A stretch of 64,000 bases of DNA from NCBI GenBank assembly GCA_963749155.1, contig CAVVLO010000002.1, forward strand, positions 320,001 to 384,000, written 5' to 3'. The number at the start of each line of letters is the position of its first letter. The first letter of the stretch is position 1. This DNA is from an uncultured Armatimonadia bacterium (GTDB lineage Bacteria; Armatimonadota; Zipacnadia; CAVVLO01). Positions 1 to 8,656 of this stretch are shown here, in pieces. A program made the position numbers and the translations under genes. The notes beneath the pieces are model-generated. The model had not been told where the DNA came from. It saw only the letters and a list, made by a program, of their open reading frames with translations, and searched no databases.

Positions 1-101
1 ACAGCGCCGTAATGCTCGGTTGCGGTCAGCAGCATCAAGGGCTTGCCTCGGAACTCGAACAGTTTCGGATTGTCCGGGTGGATCCTGATCGGTTGCGCCA
101 T
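1..101 (-). CDS. 5' part of a conserved hypothetical protein, possibly glycoside-hydrolase-like (runs off the window)
   Basis: Manual translation MAQPIRIHPDNPKLFEFRGKPLMLLTATEHYGA; AGGAG RBS overlaps the stop of the upstream gene; not in the ORF track. Confidence 0.7.
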   Translation of the reverse strand, partial: MAQPIRIHPDNPKLFEFRGKPLMLLTATEHYGA

Positions 102-110
102 CTTCTTCTC

Positions 111-1817
111 CTATCTGGTAGTCAAGGTATGATGCCCGCGCTCAAGCACTGTCACTTCGGTTGGTACGAGATATCGCTGAATAAAGGTTACTGGGTCGGC
201 GGCATACAGCCGCTGCATCTCGACGACGCGGCCTTCCCCGCGCTGGTTAGCAACATCACGCGCGAGGAGGTCGGCAAGCTCGGCGGCCAGATCCTCGCGC
301 CAGGGCTTGCCAGCAGCCAGGTCCTCGCGCAGCAACTGGGCAACATTGGTCTCTCTCAGATGCAAGGCATAGCTCACGGCAACGCGCCGGAAGCGGTCCA
401 GATGGTCCACAAGCTGTGCGAAGCTCTCTCGATCGACTTCTTCAGGCGCCGAAGTCGCGAGTGCATCAGCCAAAGGAAGCGCCTGCTCGAGAGCGCTGGC
501 GCACGCTTCGCACCGCAGTTGAACGTCCTCCAACATAAAAGGATGGGGCTGCTGGTCGGTGGTCATCATGAAGTGGCTGTACCGCGTAGAACGCCAGGAA
601 GGCGTCTCGACCATCTGGCCGCGCACCGTGGCGCCGCTCCAGCCATGGTCAGTTGAGGCGACACCGACCTCGCGCGCAAACCAGGAGGCATCCCAGGGAT
701 AGAGGCGTATGGCTTCGGTTGTCGTCTCTATCAGAGCCAGCACCCAGCCCTGCGCCTCGCCAAAGCGCTCGGTGATGGCGTTCAGCAGTTGATCAGTGGT
801 CCAGTCAGGATGAGCGAGTCGCGTGGAGAGGGCATCCAGATTAAGATCAGGCGTATCAGTCGCCGCGCCAAAATACTCTTTCAAGCCCACGACACCCGGG
901 ACGCTACGGATGGCCTGGACTTCCTCGTCTACCAGCCGTGGACAGGGGATGGAGAGCGGTTCCAGCTCCTCGGTCATCTGGGTGAAGAAGGCTTCTACCA
1001 CAACGGGCATCCCGAGTTTGGCGCCCTGCCAGGCCGTGTTGCGTAGCCAGACATCCACTGGCCTCGCAACCTGAACCTCGGCGATATTGCTGTGCAGCAT
1101 CAGTCCGAAACCTTTTGTCGGCAGGTGCGGCAGGCAGGCGTAGATTTGCCCAGCCGAAAGCTCCCAGGGCTCCCACCACAGCAGATGGTTCCCCTCGCGC
1201 CCCTCACCCCAGACCTGCTGCAGCATGGAGAGAAATCCTGGCAGTCGCTTGTGTAGAGGGATGCCACGTGACCACTTGCTGCTCCCGAATTCGTTAGCCT
1301 GCCAGGCGTCCTGATCATAGGTGTAGACCAGCAGATCATCTACCTCGGAGAACTCCTCACGGAAGCGCGCGAGCAAGCGCGTCTCATAATCAACGATCTC
1401 CGGCCGCAGCACATCATACCAGGGCTCATCGGTCTCGAGTTGGCCGCGCCCCTCGGCATCGAGCCAGGCGCGATCTTCTTCGCCGGTCAAAGGATTACGC
1501 CACATAAAGGGCGAACCAAAGTGAAAGAAGGTGCGCAGTCCCGCCGCCTTTGCGAGTTCGAAACGATAGAGCAACTCGGCGCGGCGCTCTGCCACACGAG
1601 GAGGTTCTTGTTCCTCTGGCAGGCTGACCACATCGCGCAGGTTAAGGGCCTCATCATAAGGCCGGCAAAGCCAGGCGATATTAAGCTGCACGGCGTTGAA
1701 GCCCAGCTCTACCAGACGCTGGACGCCAGCCTCTGTCCACTCGGGCCTCACGCGCGGGTTGCCGTATAAGGCAATTTTCAGTTGGAGCGGCCCTTCAACC
1801 GAGCAGAACAAACTCAT
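111..1817 (-). CDS. Hypothetical protein (568 aa), possible TIM-barrel carbohydrate enzyme
   Basis: ORF 111..2237 trimmed to ATG at 1817 (GGAGG RBS upstream), which removes the antisense overlap with the next gene. 'RLVELGFNAVQL' resembles beta1 of GH TIM barrels. Confidence 0.7.
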   Translation of the reverse strand: MSLFCSVEGPLQLKIALYGNPRVRPEWTEAGVQRLVELGFNAVQLNIAWLCRPYDEALNLRDVVSLPEEQEPPRVAERRAELLYRFELAKAAGLRTFFHFGSPFMWRNPLTGEEDRAWLDAEGRGQLETDEPWYDVLRPEIVDYETRLLARFREEFSEVDDLLVYTYDQDAWQANEFGSSKWSRGIPLHKRLPGFLSMLQQVWGEGREGNHLLWWEPWELSAGQIYACLPHLPTKGFGLMLHSNIAEVQVARPVDVWLRNTAWQGAKLGMPVVVEAFFTQMTEELEPLSIPCPRLVDEEVQAIRSVPGVVGLKEYFGAATDTPDLNLDALSTRLAHPDWTTDQLLNAITERFGEAQGWVLALIETTTEAIRLYPWDASWFAREVGVASTDHGWSGATVRGQMVETPSWRSTRYSHFMMTTDQQPHPFMLEDVQLRCEACASALEQALPLADALATSAPEEVDRESFAQLVDHLDRFRRVAVSYALHLRETNVAQLLREDLAAGKPWREDLAAELADLLARDVANQRGEGRVVEMQRLYAADPVTFIQRYLVPTEVTVLERGHHTLTTR

Positions 1818-1877
1818 ATTTATGCCTCCAAAACTGTGTGCTGGCGATTTCGCCCAGGAAGAGGGTTCTCCTTCCCG

Positions 1878-1906
1878 TTGACAGCGACCTTCCCCTCGTG
1901 CAATAT
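1878..1906 (+). promoter_or_regulatory. Candidate sigma70-type promoter
   Basis: TTGACA-N17-CAATAT upstream of the 1953 start. Confidence 0.5.
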
Positions 1907-1952
1907 GCCCGTGCCCGTACAAGAAGGCAAGCCCTAAGGAGGGACTCTCGTA

Positions 1953-3074
1953 ATGAACTGCCTCGAACGCTTCCTTGCCGTGATGGAATATGAACCTGTA
2001 GACCATTGCCCCAACCATGAACTTGGCGCCTGGCCTCAGACTGTAGCGCGTTGGACCAAAGAGGGGATGCCCCCTGGCACTTACACCTTCAACTGGTTCG
2101 TAGCCGATGAGGCCCTTGGGCTGGATCCACGTGAATTCATTCCGGTCAACTACAGTATGGTGCCACCCTTCGACTTCGAGCTGATCGAGAAGACGGAACG
2201 CTACGAGATCTATCGTGACGGGATTGGCGTCGTCCACAAAGCGCTAATCGACGGCTCAGTGGGCGGCGGCAGGATGTGCATGGATCAGTATCTTGACTTC
2301 CCGGTCAAGAATCTTGAGGACTTCCGGGCTGTGAAGAAACGTTATATAGCAGGCATCCCGGAGCGTTATCCAGCCAACCTGGCAGAGGAACTCATCCCCC
2401 GGTGGAAGCAGCGCGATTATCCGCTGCAGCTTGGCTACAACTGCTCTGCCACCGGTTTCTACTGGCGCGCGCGCGAATGGATGGGTACCGAGGAGCTATC
2501 TCTGGCCTGGTACGACCAGCCGGAGCTGATGCACGAGATGATGGAGTTCTTTGCGGATTTCACCATCGAGAACAGCCGGCCAGTGCTGGAGCAGATCAAC
2601 GTCGAGACTTTCACCCTCAACGAGGACCTGGCGATGAAAGGCGGCTCGCTGCTTTCGCCGGCTACCTACAGAGAGTTCATCTTCCCGCATCTCAAGAGAT
2701 TGATTGAGTTCCTCAAGTCGCACGGAGTACGTTATGTTGTGCTTGATTCTGACGGCTATTCGGTGCCGCTGATTGACCAGTTTATGGATGCCGGCGTGGA
2801 TGTCCACTGGCCGCTGGAGCGGGCTTCGGATATGGATCCGGCGATGCTCCGCGCCAAGTTCGGCAAGACCTTGCGCCTTTGGGGCGGCGTGGACAAACGC
2901 GAGTTGGCCAAGGACCGTGCGGCAATCGACGCGCATCTGAAGTCGCTCCAACCGCTGGTTGAAGAAGGCGGCTTCATCCCGCACGTGGACCACACGGTGG
3001 ACCCGGAGATAAGCTACGACAACTTCCAATACTATATCGAACAGAAGCACAAGCTGCTCAGGTGCGAGCTGTAG
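1953..3074 (+). CDS. Uroporphyrinogen decarboxylase (URO-D/CIMS)-fold family protein
   Basis: N-terminal 'MNCLERFLAVM..EPVD', 'NEDLA..GSLLSP..YREFIFP', 'LWGGVDK', 'GGFIP'; AAGGAGG RBS. Confidence 0.85.
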   Translation: MNCLERFLAVMEYEPVDHCPNHELGAWPQTVARWTKEGMPPGTYTFNWFVADEALGLDPREFIPVNYSMVPPFDFELIEKTERYEIYRDGIGVVHKALIDGSVGGGRMCMDQYLDFPVKNLEDFRAVKKRYIAGIPERYPANLAEELIPRWKQRDYPLQLGYNCSATGFYWRAREWMGTEELSLAWYDQPELMHEMMEFFADFTIENSRPVLEQINVETFTLNEDLAMKGGSLLSPATYREFIFPHLKRLIEFLKSHGVRYVVLDSDGYSVPLIDQFMDAGVDVHWPLERASDMDPAMLRAKFGKTLRLWGGVDKRELAKDRAAIDAHLKSLQPLVEEGGFIPHVDHTVDPEISYDNFQYYIEQKHKLLRCEL

Positions 3075-3098
3075 CACCCGTAAACAACTTGCTCACTC

Positions 3099-3135
3099 GG
3101 CGCCGTCGGACTTCGGTTCGGCGGCGTCTTCGTTT
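3099..3135 (+). terminator. Intrinsic terminator
   Basis: GGCGCCGTCGGA-C(TTCG)G-TTCGGCGGCGTC stem with a UUCG tetraloop, followed by TTCGTTT. Confidence 0.7.
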
Positions 3136-3175
3136 GGTATACTGGCACTAGTCCAACTCGCCGAGGAGGCGTCTT

Positions 3176-6094
3176 ATGACTGGTCTGCGTATTCTGTTCA
3201 CCCTCGCGCTGCTTGGCCTTGCCCTTTCTTTTGCCTGGAGCCAGGAGGAGCCTGCCGTGTATCCGGATGAAGCTTTTTCCCGGCCTGCTGTTGATAAGCT
3301 CAGCGTCTTCCAGACGCAGGAGCGCCTAAGTATCGCTTACGGCGTCGAAGCGCGCGCCCAGCACTACGCGACTAATGAGATGCAATTGGTCGAAGAGGCC
3401 GGTCAACCAGTCACCCAATGGAGAATTACCCCGAAAGACCTTGATGTGGCGGCACTTGGGATTGGCGGGAAGATCAGACAGTTGCCCGAGAGCATCGCCT
3501 TCACGGTGCGTAACGACTCCGCGACGGCGGTAGGTTTCCTGATGACGGCTGACGAGATGAACTGGCTGCCCGTCAGAGAGACTACCTATCGCAGTTGGCT
3601 GCTGGGGGATGCACAGATGGTGGAGCCGGGCGAGACTCGCCAGCTTGTATACAGCCTTGCCAGTGCGACCAGTGCAAGTGAGGACAAATCGCCGCCCCGG
3701 CTGCCCTTTGGCTCACTCAGCATCCATCTGCGTTTCCTCGTGCCAGGGCAAGCCCACATCCTCACCTTGAGCGACTTTGAAGTCCGTTATCCAGAGGGAC
3801 AGGTGACACCGACCAGCCGGCTGAGCCTCGAACTATGCCGGGCTGACTGGGTCTACTGGCGCAAGTTCCTCTCACCAGAAGAAGCCACCGACCCGCAAGC
3901 AGTGCTGGCAAAGGTGAAGGCCACCGACCTGCCCTGGTGGATTCCCGGCGGCGACTATGAGCTAGGACTGGTCTCCGACGGTTATCGGGTGCCAGGTTCA
4001 GCAAGTGCGATTACGGTTCCAACTCGCCCAGGCGCCGAGTTGCCGCTTGCCGAGAGACGCCTTTATGGCGGCAGGCCGAGTTTTTTTGTTGAGGGCAAGC
4101 CCTTCAGCTGGAACGGTTATTCAAGCTATGACTATCAGCCAGGCAACGTGACAGAATTTGGTGAGCACGGCGCGACAGTGCTCTGCGTGCCTGCCTCTGC
4201 AGGCGCCCATGTGCACGGCATATCGGCTCAGAACTGGCTCGCGCCTGACGTGTTCGATTTCGGCGAACTGGATCAACAAGTAGCCTTCTCGCTGCAGGCA
4301 AATCCCGATGCGATACTTTTCTTGCGCCTGTCGCTCAACCTGCCCCCCTGGTGGAGTCAAGCGCATCCTGACGACCTCGTCCGGGTGCGCACTGCGCAGG
4401 GCGACCTCTTCTGGGAGGAGACCGGCTTCTTCAAGGGCGCCTCACTTGCCTCCAAGGCCTGGCTTGCCGATCAGGAGAGCGCTTTGCGTGCGCTACTCTC
4501 ATATTGCAAGCGCCAGCCCTGGGCCTCACGGCTGGCGGGTATCTGGCTCACCGGCGAGGTGACTGAAGAATGGTTTGCCTGGGGCTCGAACGATGGTTAC
4601 TACAGCGATTATAGTGGGCCCAGCCAGCAGGCCTTCGCGGATTGGCTCGCACAGCAACCTTATAGCGCGACTCTCCCAACCCAGAGCCTTCCCAATCCTG
4701 ACCAACGCAAGGCATCCGGATATGATGTTTATCCTGCAACCGAGTCTGGCCGCCAGGCTGCTTCATATCATCGTTATCTCTCCGAACTGACCGCTGCGAC
4801 CATCAGTCATTTTGCGCGTATCGTGAAGGATGAGACGGCTGGAAAGCCCCTGGTAGGTGTCTTCTACGGGTATGTGATCCAGCTTGCAGGTGAACCTCGT
4901 CAGGCAATCAGTGGGCATTTCGGCCTGCGCGAGCTGCTGGACAATCCGGACATCGATTTCCTCGGCAGCGTGCCTTTGCTCAACTGGCGCGACCTGTCCT
5001 GGGGCTACAATCCCTATTGCTCGGCCACCGACAGCATCCAGGCGGCGGGCAAGCTTTTCTGCAGTGAGAACGACCTGTTCAGTTGGCTGCACCCAATCCT
5101 CTGGCACAGCCTCTATGACCCCGCCGATCCGCGCGGAGGGGCTATCTCGATGCACCGCCGAGAGTGCGCCGGTGATGCCGTGCGAGGCGTGATGTCACAA
5201 AAGTTCTCGTTGATGACCAGTTGGCACCACGATGCCGCACTGCAGCAGGATTTCGCCTTCCAGCAGAAGGTACTGGCCAGCACACTCGACCTCGACAAGA
5301 CCGGCGTTGAGGAGATTGCCTTCGTTGTAGATGACACCACCTTCGGTTGGACACCTCCCGAAAGCACACTGTTGCGTTTTACTAATGCAGAACTGCTGCG
5401 AGCTTTCGGTCGGACGGGCGCGCCGGTGGGTGTGTGGCTTCTGTCCGACCTCGACAAGCTGCCTGACCGTATCAAGCTGGTAGTTATCGCAAGTGCCACG
5501 GCAGCGAAGGAAGCCGACCTCGCCAAGCTCTCGGCGCTGCTTGAGGCGGGGGGCCGCACCGTGCTGGTCGTCGGCCTGCCTGGCCTGGTCAACACCGAGA
5601 CGCAGCAGTGGGAGGTCCAGCGCCCTGGCCAGCTGCTCGGGCTGCCAATCACCGTCCGCGATGAGGCGCTGCCGGGCACGCTGACGACTGTGGAGGGCCT
5701 GGTCGTCGTTCTTCCGAACCTGCGCCCGCGGGGGGAGACCTCCGAGCCGGGCAAGTTTGCGTATGCTGATGGCGCAAGCGCCTGGGCCGAACGCGCTTTG
5801 CCTAACGGCGGCAAGTTACTGTGGTGTGGCGCTCCGCCTGCCAGTTGGGATTTCGCCCGACCTCTCGTCGAAGCCGCCGGGGTGCACTGTTATGCTCCGG
5901 TTGGGTGCTTTGTCCACGCAAGCCGCGAACTTGTCGCTGTGACCAGCAATATCGGGCAGACGGTAGAACTGGTCTTCCCCAGCCCGGTTAGCGTGACCGA
6001 CCTGTTTGATGGCTGGAAGGGAGAAGGTCAGGCCATCACCTCACCTTTCGTCCTCGGCCAGACGCGGTTGCTGAAGGTTGAACCTGTCGAGTAA
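3176..6094 (+). CDS. Secreted glycoside hydrolase-like protein (beta-galactosidase/GH42-like TIM barrel plus trimerisation-like domain)
   Basis: Signal peptide; 'FDFGELD', 'PPWWSQAHPD', 'TEEW', 'DYS...AFADWL', 'SEND', C-terminal GATase-like alpha/beta domain; GAGGAGG RBS. Confidence 0.7.
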   Translation: MTGLRILFTLALLGLALSFAWSQEEPAVYPDEAFSRPAVDKLSVFQTQERLSIAYGVEARAQHYATNEMQLVEEAGQPVTQWRITPKDLDVAALGIGGKIRQLPESIAFTVRNDSATAVGFLMTADEMNWLPVRETTYRSWLLGDAQMVEPGETRQLVYSLASATSASEDKSPPRLPFGSLSIHLRFLVPGQAHILTLSDFEVRYPEGQVTPTSRLSLELCRADWVYWRKFLSPEEATDPQAVLAKVKATDLPWWIPGGDYELGLVSDGYRVPGSASAITVPTRPGAELPLAERRLYGGRPSFFVEGKPFSWNGYSSYDYQPGNVTEFGEHGATVLCVPASAGAHVHGISAQNWLAPDVFDFGELDQQVAFSLQANPDAILFLRLSLNLPPWWSQAHPDDLVRVRTAQGDLFWEETGFFKGASLASKAWLADQESALRALLSYCKRQPWASRLAGIWLTGEVTEEWFAWGSNDGYYSDYSGPSQQAFADWLAQQPYSATLPTQSLPNPDQRKASGYDVYPATESGRQAASYHRYLSELTAATISHFARIVKDETAGKPLVGVFYGYVIQLAGEPRQAISGHFGLRELLDNPDIDFLGSVPLLNWRDLSWGYNPYCSATDSIQAAGKLFCSENDLFSWLHPILWHSLYDPADPRGGAISMHRRECAGDAVRGVMSQKFSLMTSWHHDAALQQDFAFQQKVLASTLDLDKTGVEEIAFVVDDTTFGWTPPESTLLRFTNAELLRAFGRTGAPVGVWLLSDLDKLPDRIKLVVIASATAAKEADLAKLSALLEAGGRTVLVVGLPGLVNTETQQWEVQRPGQLLGLPITVRDEALPGTLTTVEGLVVVLPNLRPRGETSEPGKFAYADGASAWAERALPNGGKLLWCGAPPASWDFARPLVEAAGVHCYAPVGCFVHASRELVAVTSNIGQTVELVFPSPVSVTDLFDGWKGEGQAITSPFVLGQTRLLKVEPVE

Positions 6095-6096
6095 CG

Positions 6097-6129
6097 AGAA
6101 AGCCCGGCCAACCAGGCCGGGCCTTCTTT
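6097..6129. terminator. Bidirectional terminator between convergent genes
   Basis: GCCCGGCC-AACCA-GGCCGGGC stem flanked by AGAAA and CTTCTTT. Confidence 0.7.
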
Positions 6130-6150
6130 ACCTTATACTGGGCACGCAGT

Positions 6151-7890
6151 CTACTCACTTACGCTGCGCTTGATGGCAAGCAGCTCTTTCATTACAGTGT
6201 AGAGGTCGTCCACGCCTTGCGTGCCGAAGGCATCGTGCAGCCGCTTATATAACGCGTAGAGCTTGTCGTAGACGGCAACACTGCCCGGCACAGGCTCGAA
6301 GACGTGTTCTTTAAGGCCGCCCATCTTGGCCTGAGCCTCTATGATATCCGTGTAATAGCCAGCAGCGACTGCGCCGAACATCGCCGAGCCCAGCGCGCAA
6401 GTCTGGCCCGACTTCGAGACCTTAATCGGCCTGCCTGTGATATCCGCGTAGACTTGCATTATCAGCGGGTTCTTCTCCGCGAGCCCGCCACACGCGACGA
6501 TCTGCTCGACCTTGACGCCATACTCCTCGAAGCGCTCGATGATGACGCGCGCCCCGTAAGCGGTCGCCTCGACGAGAGCGAGGAAGAGCTCCTCAGGCTT
6601 CGTCCCGAGCGTCAGCCCGACAACAAGCCCCGTGAGATTGGGGTCCACCAGGACGGTGCGGTTGCCGTTGAGCCAGTCCAACGCCAGCAGGCCGCTCTCG
6701 CCCGCCTTCAGCTTGCTTGCGCCCTGGGTCATCACGGCGTAGAAAAGGTCTTTGGCCTCCTCCATCAACTCCGGCACTTGCCCTGCAAGGCTGGCACCGA
6801 CCGCGGTACGCGGAAGGAGATTCTCCAAAGGCCATCTCATCTGGTCGCGCCACCAGGCAAAGATGTCGCCAACCGCCGACTGGCCCGCCTCAAGGCCTTC
6901 CATACCAGGCACAACGCTGCCATCTACCTGACCGCAGATGCCTTCGACTCGCTCGGTAAGGTCGGGCGCGACCATTACATCACAGGTGGAAGTACCCATT
7001 ATCTTGACCAGCGTGCCTGGGGCGATGGTTGCCCCAACTCCGCCAAAATGAGCATCGAAGGCCCCGCCTGCGACAGCGATGCCTTCCTGAAGGCCCAACC
7101 GTCCGGCCCACTCCTTTGACAGCCCACCGATCTTCACATCCGCGGTGTAGGTATCGTTATAAAGCTTCGCTCGCAGGCCTTTGAGGCGGGGCGACAGTGC
7201 CACGAGGAACTCTTCCGAGGGAAGCCCGTCCCATTCAGCATTCCACATCGCCTTGTGGCCGGCCGCGCACCGGCTGCGCTTGAGCCTGGCGGGATCAGTC
7301 TCCCCCACCAGCAGCGCGGGCATCCAGTCACAGTGCTCAACGAAGCTGGCAGCAGCCTCGAAGACCTCTGGGTCGACCCTGGAAAGCACCAGGATCTTGC
7401 TGAAGTACCACTCGGAGGAGTAGATGCCACCGGAGTACTTCGTAAAGTCCGGATCCCACTTGTGGGCCAGCTCGTTGATCTGACCTGCCTCGGCATGGCT
7501 GGTATGGTCTTTCCAAAGCCATACCATCGCATTGGGATTGTCTTTGAAACGTGGATCAAAGGAGAGTGGCATCCCATCGGCGCCGACAGGCATCGGCGAA
7601 CTGCCCGTCGTGTCTATACCGATCCCAATGATGGCCTTCGGCGAGAAGCCCGGCACGCCGGCTGCATCAGCCAGAGCCCCTTTCACAGAGGCCTCGAGCC
7701 CCTCGATGTAGTCCTGGGGATTCTGCCGCGCGAAATGAGGGTCGCGCTCGTCGAGGATTACGCCGTCCTTACCGCTCGGGAAGTTGAATACGCTGGTGCC
7801 AACCTCTTCACCAGTCTCGACATCCACAATCAGGGCGCGCACCGAGTTGGTACCGTAATCCAGGCCCAGGGCGAACTTGCGCTCAGCCAT
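6151..7890 (-). CDS. araB: Ribulokinase
   Basis: 'LGLDYGTNSVRA', 'GIGIDTTGS', 'WLWKDH', 'CAAGHKAMW', 'GTSTC', 'EAGQSAVGD', 'DWLNGNR'. Confidence 0.95.
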   Translation of the reverse strand: MAERKFALGLDYGTNSVRALIVDVETGEEVGTSVFNFPSGKDGVILDERDPHFARQNPQDYIEGLEASVKGALADAAGVPGFSPKAIIGIGIDTTGSSPMPVGADGMPLSFDPRFKDNPNAMVWLWKDHTSHAEAGQINELAHKWDPDFTKYSGGIYSSEWYFSKILVLSRVDPEVFEAAASFVEHCDWMPALLVGETDPARLKRSRCAAGHKAMWNAEWDGLPSEEFLVALSPRLKGLRAKLYNDTYTADVKIGGLSKEWAGRLGLQEGIAVAGGAFDAHFGGVGATIAPGTLVKIMGTSTCDVMVAPDLTERVEGICGQVDGSVVPGMEGLEAGQSAVGDIFAWWRDQMRWPLENLLPRTAVGASLAGQVPELMEEAKDLFYAVMTQGASKLKAGESGLLALDWLNGNRTVLVDPNLTGLVVGLTLGTKPEELFLALVEATAYGARVIIERFEEYGVKVEQIVACGGLAEKNPLIMQVYADITGRPIKVSKSGQTCALGSAMFGAVAAGYYTDIIEAQAKMGGLKEHVFEPVPGSVAVYDKLYALYKRLHDAFGTQGVDDLYTVMKELLAIKRSVSE

Positions 7891-7947
7891 ATCTGCCTCC
7901 TGCTTGCTACCCGCCTGGCAGGCGGGGGGGTATTGTCTCAGCCTTCA

Positions 7948-8592
7948 CTACTGCTGGCCGTATTTTTCCATATACTGCTTATGCGCGCGAGTTACTTCTT
8001 CAGCCGGAATCTCATCCGGCTGACCGAGCTGCAACGCCAGATGCACCGTCTTGGCGGTATCCTCAATCATCACGGCCGCTTTGAAGGCTGCCACAACCGT
8101 TGGGCCCACTGCGAAAACTCCGTGATTCTTCATCAGAAGCACTGGACTGGTGCCAATCTTGGCAACGATCTCCTGACCGATCTCCTCGCCGCCTATCCTG
8201 GCATAGGCTGAAACCGGAATCGGTCCGCCAAACTCGTCCGCCATCGCGGTCAGATAGACAGGGATAGGCTTCCCGAGCGCCGCGAAGGCTGTCGCATAAT
8301 TGGAATGGGTGTGGATAACGCTGTTTACCTGCGACATATGACGGTATACATAGAGGTGCGTTGCTGTATCTACGGAGGCCTTATATGGACCTTCTACCAG
8401 GTTGCCCTCCATATCGACAACCGCCATATCCTCAGGCTGAAGGGCATCGAAATCTACCCCTGAGGGTTTGATTACCACGAGACCGCTCTCGGCGTCGCGT
8501 CCGCTGACATTGCCGCTTGTCATCGTCACGAGCCCTTCTGCGGGCAGCAGCTTGTTGTACTTGCAGACAGTCGCTTTCAATTCTTCAAGCAT
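7948..8592 (-). CDS. araD: L-ribulose-5-phosphate 4-epimerase (class II aldolase)
   Basis: 'SGNVS', 'IKPSG', 'SVDTATH', 'HTHS', 'NHG', C-terminal 'YGQ'; adjacent to araB. Confidence 0.9.
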   Translation of the reverse strand: MLEELKATVCKYNKLLPAEGLVTMTSGNVSGRDAESGLVVIKPSGVDFDALQPEDMAVVDMEGNLVEGPYKASVDTATHLYVYRHMSQVNSVIHTHSNYATAFAALGKPIPVYLTAMADEFGGPIPVSAYARIGGEEIGQEIVAKIGTSPVLLMKNHGVFAVGPTVVAAFKAAVMIEDTAKTVHLALQLGQPDEIPAEEVTRAHKQYMEKYGQQ

Positions 8593-8656
8593 CTTCTTGC
8601 TCCCTTTTGCAGCCTGTCAATTCGCCTTAGGTCCGCTCGCTCCTGCGAGGGTCTGG

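Noticed and set aside
1818..2237. N-terminal extension of ORF 111..2237
   Set aside because: Antisense to the URO-D gene; a clear RBS+ATG exists at 1817.
7908..7930. CCCGCCTG/CAGGCGGG hairpin between araD and araB as a repeat element
   Set aside because: Single copy in the window and no U-tract; at most an mRNA-stabilising stem.
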